In this document: positions 51,680 through 64,000 of the stretch, piece after piece
Layout of the letters: each line of letters begins with the position of its first letter
Position numbering within the stretch: the stretch's first letter is position 1
DNA from: Squalus acanthias
Lineage: Eukaryota
Assembly: GCA_030390025.1 (NCBI GenBank)
Contig: CM059432.1
Location: 49,106,001 to 49,170,000 of the forward strand
Direction: 5' to 3'
Length of the DNA: 64,000 nucleotides
The notes under the pieces: generated by a model
What the model was told of the DNA's origin: nothing
The model's input: only the letters and a program-made list of their open reading frames with translations
Database searches by the model: none
Translations under genes and position numbers: made by a program

Positions 51680-53637
51680 CACTTGTCTTCAGAAATCTGG
51701 TTCCACCTGGACCCCTCCCTCTGGCCTCTTACCTTCTCTTGATCTTTTCATTGGGAACTGCTGGCGTGACATTCGCCATCTCAGTTTCTCTACTCCCCTC
51801 ACTCACTCTAACCTACCTCCCTCTGAACTTGCAGCACTCTGTTCTCTCAGGTCCAACCCTGACATTGTCATTAAACCTGCTGACAAGGGCAGCGTTGTTG
51901 TTGTTGGGCGAACAGACCTCTACCTTGCGGAGGCTGAACACCAATATCTGATACCTCCTCCTACCTACCCTGGACCTCGACCCCACCACCGAACATCAAG
52001 CCATTGTTTCCCAGACTGTCACTGACCTCATCTCCTCTGGAGATCTTCCCCTCCATGGCCTCCAACCACATAGTCCCCCAACCCTGCACAGCCCGCTTCT
52101 ACCTCCTTCCCAAGATCCACAAACAGGACTGGCCTGGTAAACCCATCGTTTCAGCCTGTTCTTGCCCCGTGGAACTTATTTCTTCCTATCTCAATTCTAT
52201 TTTTCTCCCCTTGTCCAGTCTCTTCTGACCTACATCCACGACTCTTCCGATGCCCTATGCCACTTTAACAGTTTCCAGTTTCCTGACACTAACCATCTCC
52301 TTTTCACCATGGATGTCCAATCCCTCTACACCTCCATCCCCCACCAGGAGAGCCTGCTGGCCCTCTGCTTCTTCCTTGAACGGAGGCCCAACCAGTCCTC
52401 ATCCTCCACCACCCTCCTCTGCCTGGCTAAACATGTTCTTACATTGAACAACTTCTCCTTTGACGCCACTCACTTCCTCCAAATAAAAGGTGTCACTATG
52501 GGAACCCGTATGGGTCCTAGCTATGCCTGCCTTTTTGTGGGATACATGGAACATTCTTTGTTCCAGTCCTACTCAAGTCCACTCCCTCACCTCTTTTTCC
52601 GGTACATTGATGACTGTATCAGTGCCGCTTCCTGCTCTTGCCTCCAACTGGAAAATTTCATCAACTTGTTTTCCAATTTCCACCCGTCCCTCGCCTTCAC
52701 ATGGTCAATCTCCAACTCTTCCCTTCCCTTCCTCGACTTCTCTATCTCCATTTCTGGGGATAGGCTTTCGACCAATATTTGCTATAAGCCCACCGACTCC
52801 CACAGCTAAAATGGTTACACTTCCTCCTACCCCGCTTCCTGTCAGGACTCTATTCCACTCCCAGTTTCTCCGTCACATCTGTTCTGACAATGCCACCTTC
52901 CACACCAGTGCTTCTGATATGTCTTCTTTTTTGTTCAACCGAGGATTCCCCTCCACCGTGGTTGACAGGGCCCTCGACCATATCCGTTCCATTTACCGCA
53001 CTTCTGCCCTTACCCCTTCCCCTCCCTCCCAGAACCACGATAGGATTCCCCTTGTCCTCACCTTCCACCCCACCAGCCTCCACATTCAATGGATCATCTT
53101 CCGCCATCTCCAGCACGATCCTACCACCAAACACATCTACCCCTCCCCTCCCCTTTCAGCATTCCGAAGGGACTGTTCCCTTTGCGATACCCAGGTCCAC
53201 TCTTCCATCATCCCCAATACCCGCTCCCCTTCCCACAGCACCTTCCCACGCAAGCACAGGAGATGCAACACCTGCCCTTTCACCTCCTCCCTTCCCACTG
53301 TCCAGGGCCCCAAACACACCTTCCAGGTGAAACAGCGATTTACTTGTACTGTATTTGCTGCTCATGATGCAGTCTCCTCTACATTGGGGAGACCAAACGC
53401 AGATTGGGTGATCTATTTGCTGAACATTTCCATTCAGTACGCAAGCCTGACTCTGAGCATCTGGTTGCTTACCATTTTAATTCTCCGTCCCACTCCCACT
53501 CTGACCTCTCTATCCTCGTCCTCATACACTGTTGTAATGAAGCTCAACGGAAGCATGAGGAACAGCACCTCATCTTTCGATTAGGCACTTTACAACCTTC
53601 CAGACGCAATATTGAGTTAAATAATTTCAGATCATAA
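51680..53637 (+). pseudogene. Penelope RT plus GIY-YIG endonuclease, frameshifted
   Basis: [71 protein letters not shown]; Cys linker RRCNTC. Confidence 0.92.
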
Positions 53638-53904
53638 CCATTGCTCCCATTTTTTCGGGCACCAGGAGCTGATAATGGTTCTGCTGTTGCCATTTGCAGC
53701 CCCTCTTGACCCATCTTTTGTTTCTTTACTTGTCCTATTACCATCCCCTTTTGCCTTGCACCATCATCCCTTTTGTCATTTAATCACGCTTGCCTTCCAC
53801 CCTATCACAGACCTTACCTCTTGTTCAAAAGCAAAATACTGCGGATGCTGGAAATCTGAAATAAAAACAGAAAATGCTGGAAATACTCAGCAGAAAACGC
53901 TGGA

Positions 53905-54628
53905 AATACCCATCCTCAATGATGGTGGAGCCCAGCACGTGAGTGCAAAAGACAAGGCTGAAGCGTTTACAACCAGCTTCAGCCAGAAATGCCGAGTGGA
54001 TGATCCATATCGGCCTCCTCCTGAGGTCCCCACCATCACAGAATCCAGTCTTCAGCCAATTTGATTCACTCCACGTGATATCAAGAAACGACTGAGCGCA
54101 CTGGATACAACAAAGGCTGTCGTGCTGAAGACTTGTGCTCCAGAACTAGCTACGTCTCTAGCCAAGCTGTTCCAGTACAGCTATAACACTGGCATCTATC
54201 CGACAATGTGGAAAACTGCCCAGGTATGTCCTGTCCACAAAAAGCAGGACAAATCCAATCCGGCCAATTACCGCCCCATCAGTCTATTCTCAATCATCAG
54301 CAAAGTGATGGAAGGTGTCATTGACAGTGCTATCAAGCGGCACTTACTCACCAATAACCTGCTCACTAATGCCCAGTTTGGGTTCCATCAGGACCACTCG
54401 GCTCCCGACCTCATTACAGCCTTGGTCCAAACATGGACAAAAGAGCTGAATTCCAGAGGTGAAGTGAGAGTGACTGCCCGTGACATCAAGGCAGCATTTG
54501 ACCGAGTGTGGCATCAAGGATGCCTAGTAAAATTGAAATCAATGGGAATCGGGGGAAAAGCTCTCCACAGGCTTGGACTGATAAGTGGCAGGTAACATTC
54601 GCGCCACACAAGTGCCAGGCAATGACTA
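53905..54628 (+). mobile_element. Second LINE family internal RT fragment within the Penelope 3' region
   Basis: KSNPANYRPISL, QFGFHQDHS, DIKAAFDRVWH. Confidence 0.88.
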
Positions 54629-56077
54629 TCTCTCTCAACAGATGCTGCCTTACCTGCTGAATATTTCCAGCATTTTTTTTTATGATTGATGCAGCAGCTG
54701 AAGATAGTTGAACCAAGGACTCTCCCCTGAGGATCTCCTGCAGCAATGTCTTGGGAAGACAATGACTGGCCTCTGACAACTACAATCATCTTCCTTTGTT
54801 TCAGTTATGACTGCAGCCACTACATAATTAAAACTCTGCACTAATTCTTTCAAACTCTGGACTAGTGCAGGCTTGGAATTTTTAAGTAACGCTATTCTGT
54901 TAATATATTGGACATTGGCTGCTGTTAGACATGGCCTCGCACTGAATTCGTTAGGAGAGGATTAGCTGTATGCAATTAGATTTTATTTTTGCTTTGCTGC
55001 AATGGTAGTTTATATCCCCTGGCACTTATGCAGCTGGATGGTTTGTGGCAGCTACTGCGACCAAAATATATTCTCACTGCCTCCAACTGTAGGGAGATAC
55101 CACAACGATTATGGAGAAGGGGTGGGCTAGCTTCTTATGAATTGTGCCACAGGATTTTCTCCAGAACGTTATCAAAAAAAAACAAGAATTGTTGCACCAA
55201 GAGATGATCTTATTAAGATGCAGTGTGAAAACAATTTCTTGTTGAAATATAAAGCTTGCCACCTACATCAAGCCCCTGTCTCTGGTGAACCCCTTCCAAT
55301 CCCATAGCAATCAAAAAACATTTGTTAAACCAGATGGTACTCTTTTGTCACTTACTGGCAAGCAGAGCTTGCATCTATTCTTCCTATTGTGCAGGCACAA
55401 AATGGCAGCTCAAGTCAAGCAAAAGTTCTGCCCTCATATCACTTCTTAATTAATAAAAATAGCACCAATACTGGAGTGAAGCATTGCATTTGTGGTGGGA
55501 ACACAATACAACATATCTGAAAATCTACAACAATGAACCGATACAGTTCTTTCTAGAAAGTTTTTCTTTAGGTTTCAGCTGTGTCCCACCTGAAACTGGT
55601 GAGAGAGGAAATTGGGACGTTGCCTGAGGACACAAGAGAATGAAGCAAATGAGCCCCTGCATGAAGTTAGTGCTGGTGGGGGTGGGGGGCTAACAGGAGA
55701 TGGCGGCACTGAGAGGAGGGGCAAGACTGAGGCTGGGAATTCCTTGTGGACTCTGGGGCACACTTCTGCTCTTCCTAGCCCACTACAAATCCTCAGAAAA
55801 GCTGACTGCCTCCAGGTCTGCCTGTGGGGTTTGGCCCTGTGTGGCCTCCTGAATTTTTTAGTTTAAGTGGTGTTGTGGCACCGATGGCGTAATGGGGCCA
55901 TGACTTTACAGTAGGCTCCCACCTGTCTGGGGCAGACAACCTTTTCGAGCCGTTTTGGGGTGAATTAAGATGGCGGGGGACAGCAAGGCATCAAGAACAC
56001 GGTGCAAACCCCACTGTCATTTTAACAACCTGCCTGCTCCGTTCACCCTGAGCAACCTGGGTTAAAATCTACCCCGT

Positions 56078-56445
56078 ATTCCAGAGGCCTAGATTAATAA
56101 TCCAGAGAATGTGAGTTCAAATCCCACCATGACAGTTTGAGAATTTGAATATAGTAAAGAAAATCTGGAAATAAAAACCTGCTATCAATAAATGTGACCA
56201 TGAAGCAGTTGGATTGTCATAAAAATGCAACTGGTTCACTTGCGTCCTTTAGGGAAGGAAGCCGTCCTTACCCGGTCTGGCTTATATGTGACGGCAGTTC
56301 CACAACAAAGTGATTGACTCTTAACTGCCCACTGATGTGACCTGGCAAGCCACTCAGCTGCGACGTCACCTTCTTAAGGCAACTAGGGATGGGCAATAAA
56401 TGCCGGCCTTGCCAATGATGCCCTTCATTCCAAGAATGAATTTTA
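56078..56445 (+). mobile_element. tRNA-headed bipartite SINE ending in the 3' end of the second LINE family
   Basis: B box GAGTTCAAATCCC; 3' AGGGATGGGCAATAAATGCCGGCCTTGCC matches 16205-16235. Confidence 0.8.
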
Positions 56446-56874
56446 AAAAACGATATGGATGAACAAAACATCTCTTACCTCAATCTGTTGGCATTTTCAG
56501 TAAACAAATTTATTTTTTATTGATTCATTCACGGGATGTTGGCATCGCTGGCAAGGCCAGAATTTATTGCCCATCTCTAGTTGCTCTAGAGAAGGTGATG
56601 GTGAGCCACCTTCTTGAACCGCAGGTGAAGATATTCCCACACTGCTGTTAGGGAGGGAGTTCCAGGATTTGGACCCAGCGACGATGAAGGAACAGCGATA
56701 TATTTCCAAGTTGGGATGGTGTGTGACTTAGAGGGTGTAATGTATTATCACATGGTTTATCACATGGTTTGGTATGAGCAGACTCAGTTCACTCTGGCCT
56801 AGTAAACAAGAACATGGACCAGCAACTCATCGTGTCTCTGTCCTTCATTTGTTCTACCCACATATATTACATTT

Positions 56875-56892
56875 TGGCGACGAGAATGGGAT
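56875..56892 (+). promoter_or_regulatory. Primer binding site, probably tRNA-Ser(GCU)
   Basis: TGGCGACGAGAATGGGAT is one mismatch from the complement of the vertebrate tRNA-Ser(GCU) 3' end as I recall it (ATCCCATCCTCGTCGCCA). Confidence 0.8.
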
Positions 56893-57125
56893 CCCAAAGC
56901 CATTTTATGGGATCATGGAAGGACACAGTGTTCAACCTTCGAGTGGAAAAGTTTAAGGTGAATTTGTGACACCTAAACTGTATTTTTGTGATGTTTTACT
57001 GTTAATGCTCATATAGAATCGTCTGTGCTTCTCCTTCGCGTGTATGTAAACACAGCAACAGTGGTGTTGATTCTCAAGTACACAGCAAGCATGCTGAGTC
57101 ATTGTTCGATGGGATTGGGACAATC

Positions 57126-57960
57126 ATGGTCACACCTACAGGATTCATCGGAAGCCTCGGCATGTATGACCGAGCTCGCGAACCATTCAGTTCTTACATT
57201 GAGCGGATGGAGATGTTTTTTAGGTCCAATAACATTGTGGAGACCGAGGTGCAGATGAGAATGTTCAAGCTCAAAATAAAGTAATTCATGAACGTAAAAA
57301 AGCAATTTTTCTTACGGAGATCGGGCCAGATATCTACGGAACGTTGACAAACCTACTCACGCCAGGGAAAGTGAAGGATGCGTCGTTTGAAGACATTGTC
57401 GAGAAACTTGAGGACCACTTTGACACAAAGCCCTTAGAAATAGCAGAGAGCTATACATTTGGCACCAGAAACCAAAAACAAAGTGAAACCATCAGTGAGT
57501 ACGTTGTAGCTCTTAAAAACCTCTCTTTGCATTGTAACTTCAGCATATTTTTGGATCGTGCGTTGAGAGATAAGTTTGTGTGTGGACTGATGGATGAGCG
57601 CACACAGTCCAAGTTACTGAACACTCCGAACCTAACATTTGACATAGCATGCAAAATTTCCCTATCTATGGAGATGTCGTCGAAGAATGCTAGGGAGCTC
57701 CGTCTAACTCAAGTGACTAGTGCAGCTGAGGTCTACAGTCCCAAAGCCACCGTCAAACCTAAAGTTGCGAGACCAAGTCAAAAGCATGTCGGTGAAAGTA
57801 GTTAAGTGAATTGTTATCACTGTAATGGAAATCACTCATCACAGTCCTGCCAATACAGAAATGCGAAGTGTTTTCATTGCCAGAAGCAAGGCCATATTTC
57901 AACAGCTTGCAGAGCTAGATCTAAAGTAGGAAGTAAGGACCATTCTAGTGGCAATGCAAA
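57126..57960 (+). pseudogene. Gypsy gag with two zinc knuckles
   Basis: FGTRNQKQSETISEYVVALK..LRDKFVCGL; CYHCNGNHSSQSC and CFHCQKQGHISTAC at about 57811-57910. Confidence 0.88.
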
Positions 57961-57999
57961 GCAGTGACAGCAAAAGGGAGGAGTTCACAATATTGAAGT

Positions 58000-60900
58000 G
58001 AATACACCTGATGTTGAAGAACTAGGCATCGACAGTATCTATGCCACTAGCGGCAACGCTAGCAGTTGTGAGAAAGACTTCCGTACAAAACTTCTGATCA
58101 ACGAGCAATATATTGATATGTGTATCGGCACGGTGGCGGACTGCTCTATCATGAGTAGGGACACATATGAGAGTAAGTTTAATCACATACCACTTACAAA
58201 GAGTACCGTAGAGTTAAAAACCTACTCCAGAGAAATCCCAGACACGTGGACAAATGGAATGTACAGTCCAACACAATGGCCAGTCAGTAAAGCTGCCTAT
58301 TATTGTAGCGGGCTATAACCTTGTGGGTAAAGACTGGTTGAGAAAGTTAAAACTAGACTGGGAAAACATCTTCAGTGTAGATGCTTCAAAGAAGCGACTC
58401 GATACAATGCTGAACAAGTATAAAAGCATGTTCTCAGACAGTTAGGAGGGCATCACTGGGTATGACATGCATATCCGCATTAAGTCCAATGTGAGTCCTG
58501 TCTATTGTAAGGCAAGGCCAGTCCCCTATGTGTTGAAAAGTCAGGTGGAAGAAGAGCTAGAGAAACAGAGAGAACGGAGTGCTAGTAAAAACTGACAAAA
58601 ATGAATGGGCTACCCCGATTGTGGTAGTGCCCAAAGCAGACAAAACTGTACGCTTGTGTGGTGATGACAAAGTTACTATCAACCAAACAGTTGACAATGA
58701 GCAGTACCCGTTACCTACATCGCAAGATTTGTATGCAGCACTCTTTGGGTCAAAGGTCTTCTCCAAGCTTGACGTGTCACACGCTTACACTAAGCTGAAT
58801 GTTGACAAAGAGTCAACAGTATCTCACTATCAACACACACAAGGGACTGTACTCATACACCAAGCTTCCCCAAAATCTTCTAGGCTACGATGGATAAGAT
58901 TTTGCAAGGAATTCCAAATTGCTTATGCAATCAAGGCGATGTGCTGATCGCAACAAGCAGCGAGGAAGAAAATCTAGAAGTGTTAGATATAGTGCTTCAA
59001 AGGTTCAATGCTCACAATGTAAAATTGAAAAGGAGCAAATGTGCTTTTGTGCAGCCTGAGGTTGTGTACCTTAGTCTGAAAGTTGATGCAAATGGCTTGC
59101 AACCAGTTAAGGAAAAGGTTGATGCTGTCATCAATGCTCCAAAGCCACAGAACGTGTCTGAGTTAAGATCTTTCCTTGGAATGGTCCAGTACTATGCACG
59201 TTTCTTACCTGAGTTAGCGACCATGCTAGCTCCATTGCACGAGCTCCTCAAGAAGGCTGTCCAGTGGAAGTAGCCGGAAGTGCAACAGGAAACTTACGAC
59301 GCTTGTAAGAGAAGTCTCTCTAGCGATGCTCTACTTGTGCACTACGACACAGAGCGTGAGCTTAAGTTAGCGTGTGATGCTTCTAGCTATGGTGTGGGAG
59401 CTGTCATAAGCCACATAATGGATGACGGCCAAGAGAAACCAAGCACGTTTGCATCGTGAACCCTCACAAAGAGCAAAAGATACTACGCACAAATTGAAAA
59501 GGAAGCACTCGCCATAGTGTTTGGAATCAAGAAATTTGAACAGTTCCTGATTGGCAGAAAATTTACCCTGTTAATCGATCACAAACCGCTCCTAGCAATA
59601 TTGGGGCCCAAATCTGCCATCTCTGCAATGGCCGCATCAAGAATGCAACATTGGGCAGTGTTGTTATCACAATATGGCTGCACGATTGAATATCGCACTT
59701 CAAAGCAGAAGGCAATTGCAGATGTCTTGTCCCGGTTGCCACTTGAGGACTCGTGTTGGGAGTAAAGGTGAGATTTTCACATAGCTGCAGTTGACAAAGA
59801 CTTTCCCATGAATGCAACTGAGATTGCAAATGAGACAGAAAAGGACTCAGTACTGAAAAGAGTGTATGAAAACACCCTGAATGGATGGACTGATCAGTGG
59901 ATGGACTGATCAGTGTATGGACACAGAGTTGAAACCATTCCATAACCGTCATACTGAATTGTCTTGTGAGCAAGGTTGTATCAAGTGGGGAAACAGAGTG
60001 GTGGTGCCTACTTCGTTAGAGATAAAATTCTGGCCGAACTTCATACTGAACCTCCAGGGATCGTCAGTATGAAATCAATTGCAAGAAGCTTTGTTTACTG
60101 GCCTGGATTGGACAGTAATCTTGAATCATTTGTCAGCAAATGCAGCGTTTACCAAAATTACAGAAACAAACCACCCAAAACTCCACTACAACCCTGGTCA
60201 TAGCCAAGTAGACCTTTTCAGAGAGTACATGTAGACCTCCGTAAGAAAGCAAATGATTATTTCCTGGTACTTGTAGATAGTCACTCAAAGTGGATTGAAG
60301 TGAAACACATGGGTTCAAATACTACAACTGAACGTACCATAGATGAGTTGAGGTCTATCTTTGCATGTCATGGCTTACCTGCAGAGCTTGTTTCTGACAA
60401 TGGCCCTCAGTTCCGTTCTGCTCTTTTCCAAGAGTTCATGAAATGGAACGGTACCAAACACACTCTCGTTCCACCATATCATCCAGCTTCAAATAGAGCA
60501 GCTGAAAGTTTAGTCAGAATAGTAAAAGAAGCTCTCAAGAAGCAAATGTTGCAGGGTTGTTCAGGACTCAGCATGAAGTTAAGTTTGGCAAATTTCTTGC
60601 TGAATTACAGAACTACTCCGCACACTACAACTGGATATACCCCAGCAGAACTCTTGATGAAGAGGAAATTGAGTCTTGTTCAACCAAATTTGGCCTCAAG
60701 AGTTGAACAGAAACAGTTGAGTCAGAAACGTTATTATGACAGCAATCATAATGAACGCAGTTTCAAACAAAACAAGTGTGTTCGTGTGCTCAGTCCCCCT
60801 GGAAAGTCGAGTTCACACAATTGGGATGTAGGAACCATAGTAGAGGTTGGTGGAACCAAAAGATATTTGGTTGAAATTGGTGACAACATCCGAAGTGTTC

Positions 60901-61157
60901 ATGAAGACCAAATGATCTCTGCTAGAGATGAACCAAGACGTGATCTTGAACCACTTGATCATGAACACATAGATGAGTTTGACTCCATTCAGACTTCAGA
61001 AACTGAAGTACCAGGTTCAAAAAAATCTGAGATAGAAACAGGAGCATCTTTGAGTTCGGAACCAAAACAAAACAGCCCGAAAATTGGTTCAACACCAAAA
61101 CTTTTTTTAAGGCAATCAGGAAGGCTCCGCAAACCTGTTAGTAAACTGAATTTGTAG
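58000..61157 (+). pseudogene. Gypsy pol (PR, RT, RNase H, integrase), disrupted
   Basis: WATPIVVVPK..VRLCGD, FSKLD, LRSFLGMVQYY, LACDASSYGVGAV, LVSDNGPQF, PPYHPASNRAAE. Confidence 0.92.
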
Positions 61158-61381
61158 TTCATTTGTAGGATTTGTAGTTCATTTAAAAGAAGAAAAGCCA
61201 GGAGTTTTTGTTATGTGGTACATGTAAAGCTGGGACCATAGTTTTGTTGTATTTGAGAGGAAATACGTCATTTTTTTAAGGGGAAAGCAGTGTAATGTAT
61301 TATCACATGGTTTGGTATGAGCATGCTCAGTTTGCTCTGACCTAGTAAACAAGCACATGGACTATCAACTCATCACGTCTC

Positions 61382-61690
61382 ACAGAATCACAGAATCCCC
61401 ACAGTGCAGATAGAGGCCATTTCGGCCCATTGAGCCTGCACCAACACATATCCCACCCTATCCCCGCAACCCCACGTATTTAATCCCCCCTAACACTAAG
61501 GGTCAATTTATCATAGCCAAATCAACCTAACCTGCACAGCTTTGGACTGTGGGAGGAAACTGGAGCACCCGGAGGAAACCCACACAGACACGGGGAGAAT
61601 GTGCAAACTCCACACAGACAGTCACCCGAGGCCGGATTCGAACCCGGGTCCCTGGCGTTGTGAGGCAACAGTGCTAACCACTATCCCACC
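61382..61690 (-). mobile_element. V-SINE (HE1-like) inserted in the 3' LTR
   Basis: Near copy of 11391-11691; approximate TSD CACGTCTC/CGTGTCTC. Confidence 0.9.
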
Positions 61691-64000
61691 GTGTCTCTGT
61701 CCTTCATTTGTTCTACCCACATATATTACAAAGGGGAATTTCAAGGAGGTGGTGTTCCCATGTGCCTGCTGCCCTTTTCCTTCTAGGTGGTAGAGTTTGA
61801 GGGTTTAGGAGGTGCTGTCGAAGAAGCCTTGGCAAGTTGCTGCAGTGCATCTTGTAGTTGATACACACTGCAGCCATGTTGCGCTGGTGGTGAAGGGAGT
61901 GAATGTTTAAGGTGGTAGATGGGGTGTCGATCAAGTGGGCTGCTTTGTCCTGGATGGTGTCGAGCTTCTTGAATGTTGCTGGAACCACACTCATTCAGGC
62001 AAGTGGAGAGTATTCCATCACACTCTTGACTTGTGCCTTGTAGGTGGTGTAAAGGCTTTGAGGAGTCAGGAGGTGAGCCACTCGCCACAGAATACCGAGC
62101 CTCTGACCTGCTCTTGTCACCACAGTATTTATGTGGCTGGTCCGGTTAAGTTTCTGGTCAATGGTGGCCCCCCCAGGATGTTGATGGTGTGGGATTCGAT
62201 GATGGTAATGCCATTGAATGTCAAGGGAAGGTGGTTACACTCTCTCTTGCTGGGAGATGGTCTTTGCCTGGCATTTGTGTGGTGCGAATGTTACTTGCCA
62301 CGTCATTATCTGAACACTGTGCAATCATCATTTCTGACCTTATGATGGAGGGAACTTCATTAGTGAAGCAGCTGAAGATGGTTGGGCCTAGGACACTGCC
62401 CTGAGGAACTCCTGCAGCGATGTCCTGGGGCTGAGATAATGGGCCTCCAACAACCACAACCATCTTCCTTTGAGCTAGGTATGACTCCAGCCAGTGGAGA
62501 GCTTTCCCCGTAATTCCCATTGACTTCAATTTTACCAGGGCTCCTTGGTGCCACACTCGGTCAAATGTAGCCTTGATGACAAGGGTAGTCACCCTCAACT
62601 CACCACTGGAATTCAGCTCTTTTGTCCTGGCTGAAGATGGTTGTGAACACTTCAGCCTTGTCTTTTGCACTCGCGTGATGGGCTGCACCATTGTTGGGGA
62701 TGGGGATGTTCATGGAGCCTCCTCCTGCTGTTAGTTGTTTATTTGTCCAACAACATTCACGACTGGATGTGACAGGACTTCAGAGCTTTGATCTGATCCG
62801 ATGGTTGTGGGATCACTTAGCCCTGTCTATAGCATGCTGCTTTTGCAGAATTCAAATAGCTTCTGTATTATTTTCATGTAAATAGACTTTATTCAATTAA
62901 ACATTTTTAAGACTTCTTCGTCAGATAGCCTATTTCCTATGTATGTTACATGCTTCCAATATACAGTATTATATAATAAATGTAATACAGTCTCGCAGAT
63001 ATTTTAGCTCATTTACCATTTCTTGTATGTTTTGGATATTTGGTAGATGACTGTATCTGACCGCAACTACTCCCATCTTTTACCAGCAGCCAGGCTTTGT
63101 GTTTCTGCTAAGGTATATTGCACAAAGCCGTTTCAGATGATATTATACTTTCAAATTAAAACCTTCAAAAGGAATTTAACCTCTAACCCTTTCAACTGCA
63201 AGCTTACAAAGCTATTTTTCTAGTCACTGGACCGTGCTGCCAGTTGCATTTTCTTATTATCAAATTTGAGAAATCTTTCATTTCTATTTAAACATGAGTG
63301 CTATAGGTTGTTGTGATATGGAAAATTTATTTTGTGCTTCAGAAACTCCACCAACTCCCCATGAATCAGCCAGTGCCACAGCCTGACTAAAGCCATCTAA
63401 TTTGCTCCGAGTGAAAGTATCTGAGTTGATGTGTAAGCGTGAAAAAGCAAGCTATGCAAGGGGATGAGATCGTGAGGTTTGTGCCACGTAAACACAAGGT
63501 CGGATGTTGCTTCTGTGGTCCTTTCCTCAGCTTTCTGCTTCTGATCATGAAAAACTCAATCTTGCAAAATGTTCATCTGCTGCTCCTCCAGCCTGCTACT
63601 GCAATCTTCAGCCATTCTAGGCTTTGCGAAGACCGTGCCTGCAATTTCCATTCCTTCCAGCATAGTATTTCCATGTTACACAGGAGTTGTGCTCAGCCGT
63701 CACTGCTTATTCAAATTAGCTGACCCCATGATTTTCTGCGGTGTCAGCGCTGGAGAGGGTCATCATATGGTCAGGAATTTCCTCAGGGCTGCTCCTGCTC
63801 TGCCACTGTAACTTCACCATAAGTGCAGCGGAAACCCCATTTACGCATACAATAGGTATTTCCGCTACACCTACCTATCTGCCTCCCACACTTACAGTGG
63901 CAAACGGCAGCACATATACCTAGAAATTCGACATCAGTAAACACCTGCCGATGCCACCATGGCCTGGTATTAATGGCCGCCAGAAATAATTGTACTGGCA

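Larger units (their letters stand above)
51660..54682 (+). mobile_element. Penelope-like retroelement (5'-truncated, rearranged 3' end)
   Basis: Bounded by 9-bp direct repeat TGATTGATG (51651-51659, 54683-54691); ends in family-1 pLTR sequence. Confidence 0.85.
56736..61730 (+). mobile_element. Full-length decayed Ty3/Gypsy LTR retrotransposon (Mag-like)
   Basis: TG..CA LTRs at 56736-56871 and 61291-61730, TSD GAGGG/AAGGG, PBS, PPT AAGGGGAAAGCAG (61278-61290), domain order gag-PR-RT-RH-IN. Confidence 0.93.
56515..62845 (-). mobile_element. Second LINE family copy (56515-56735 and 61731-62845) split by the Gypsy insertion
   Basis: FIVAGSKSWNSL on one side; KKLDTIQDKAA and GVPQGSVLGP on the other. 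Confidence 0.88.

Noticed and set aside
52490..53584. 364-aa ORF as a novel protein
   Set aside because: It is a frameshift mosaic of the Penelope ORF, off-frame at both ends and in-frame in the middle.
62885..62930. Seventh hammerhead (minus strand CTGACGAAG)
   Set aside because: There is no stem II complement and no GAAA; at most a decayed relic.
63440..63920. Short ORF cluster as a gene
   Set aside because: No recognisable domain. It may be a very decayed Harbinger-related relic, but I cannot support that.
1..64000. CRISPR arrays, operons or prokaryotic defence systems
   Set aside because: The sequence is vertebrate-type, with no regularly spaced repeat-spacer array and no operon structure.

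Overview
Eukaryotic, repeat-dominated intronic or intergenic DNA, most likely from a cartilaginous fish. The basis is the repeat content: CR1/HER1-like LINEs, V-SINE/HE1-like SINEs and SacSINE1/Deu-domain SINEs. I found no convincing host protein-coding gene. The window is a nested stack of transposons: two near-complete Harbinger elements (spliced Myb/SANT gene plus convergent transposase), many Harbinger relics and MITEs, several CR1 copies, a second CR1-group LINE family, a Penelope-like element (RT plus GIY-YIG) and a full-length decayed Gypsy element with very short LTRs. Three observations stand out. (i) Six minimal type-I hammerhead ribozyme motifs of two covarying families lie in Penelope-type termini. 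(ii) A 2.5-kb TSD-bounded composite has inverted hammerhead-bearing arms enclosing an uninterrupted CR1 reverse transcriptase ORF. (iii) A LINE appears to have a tRNA-derived 5' end and no ORF1, and a bipartite SINE derivative of it is present. All coordinates were read by eye, and boundaries of decayed elements are approximate.
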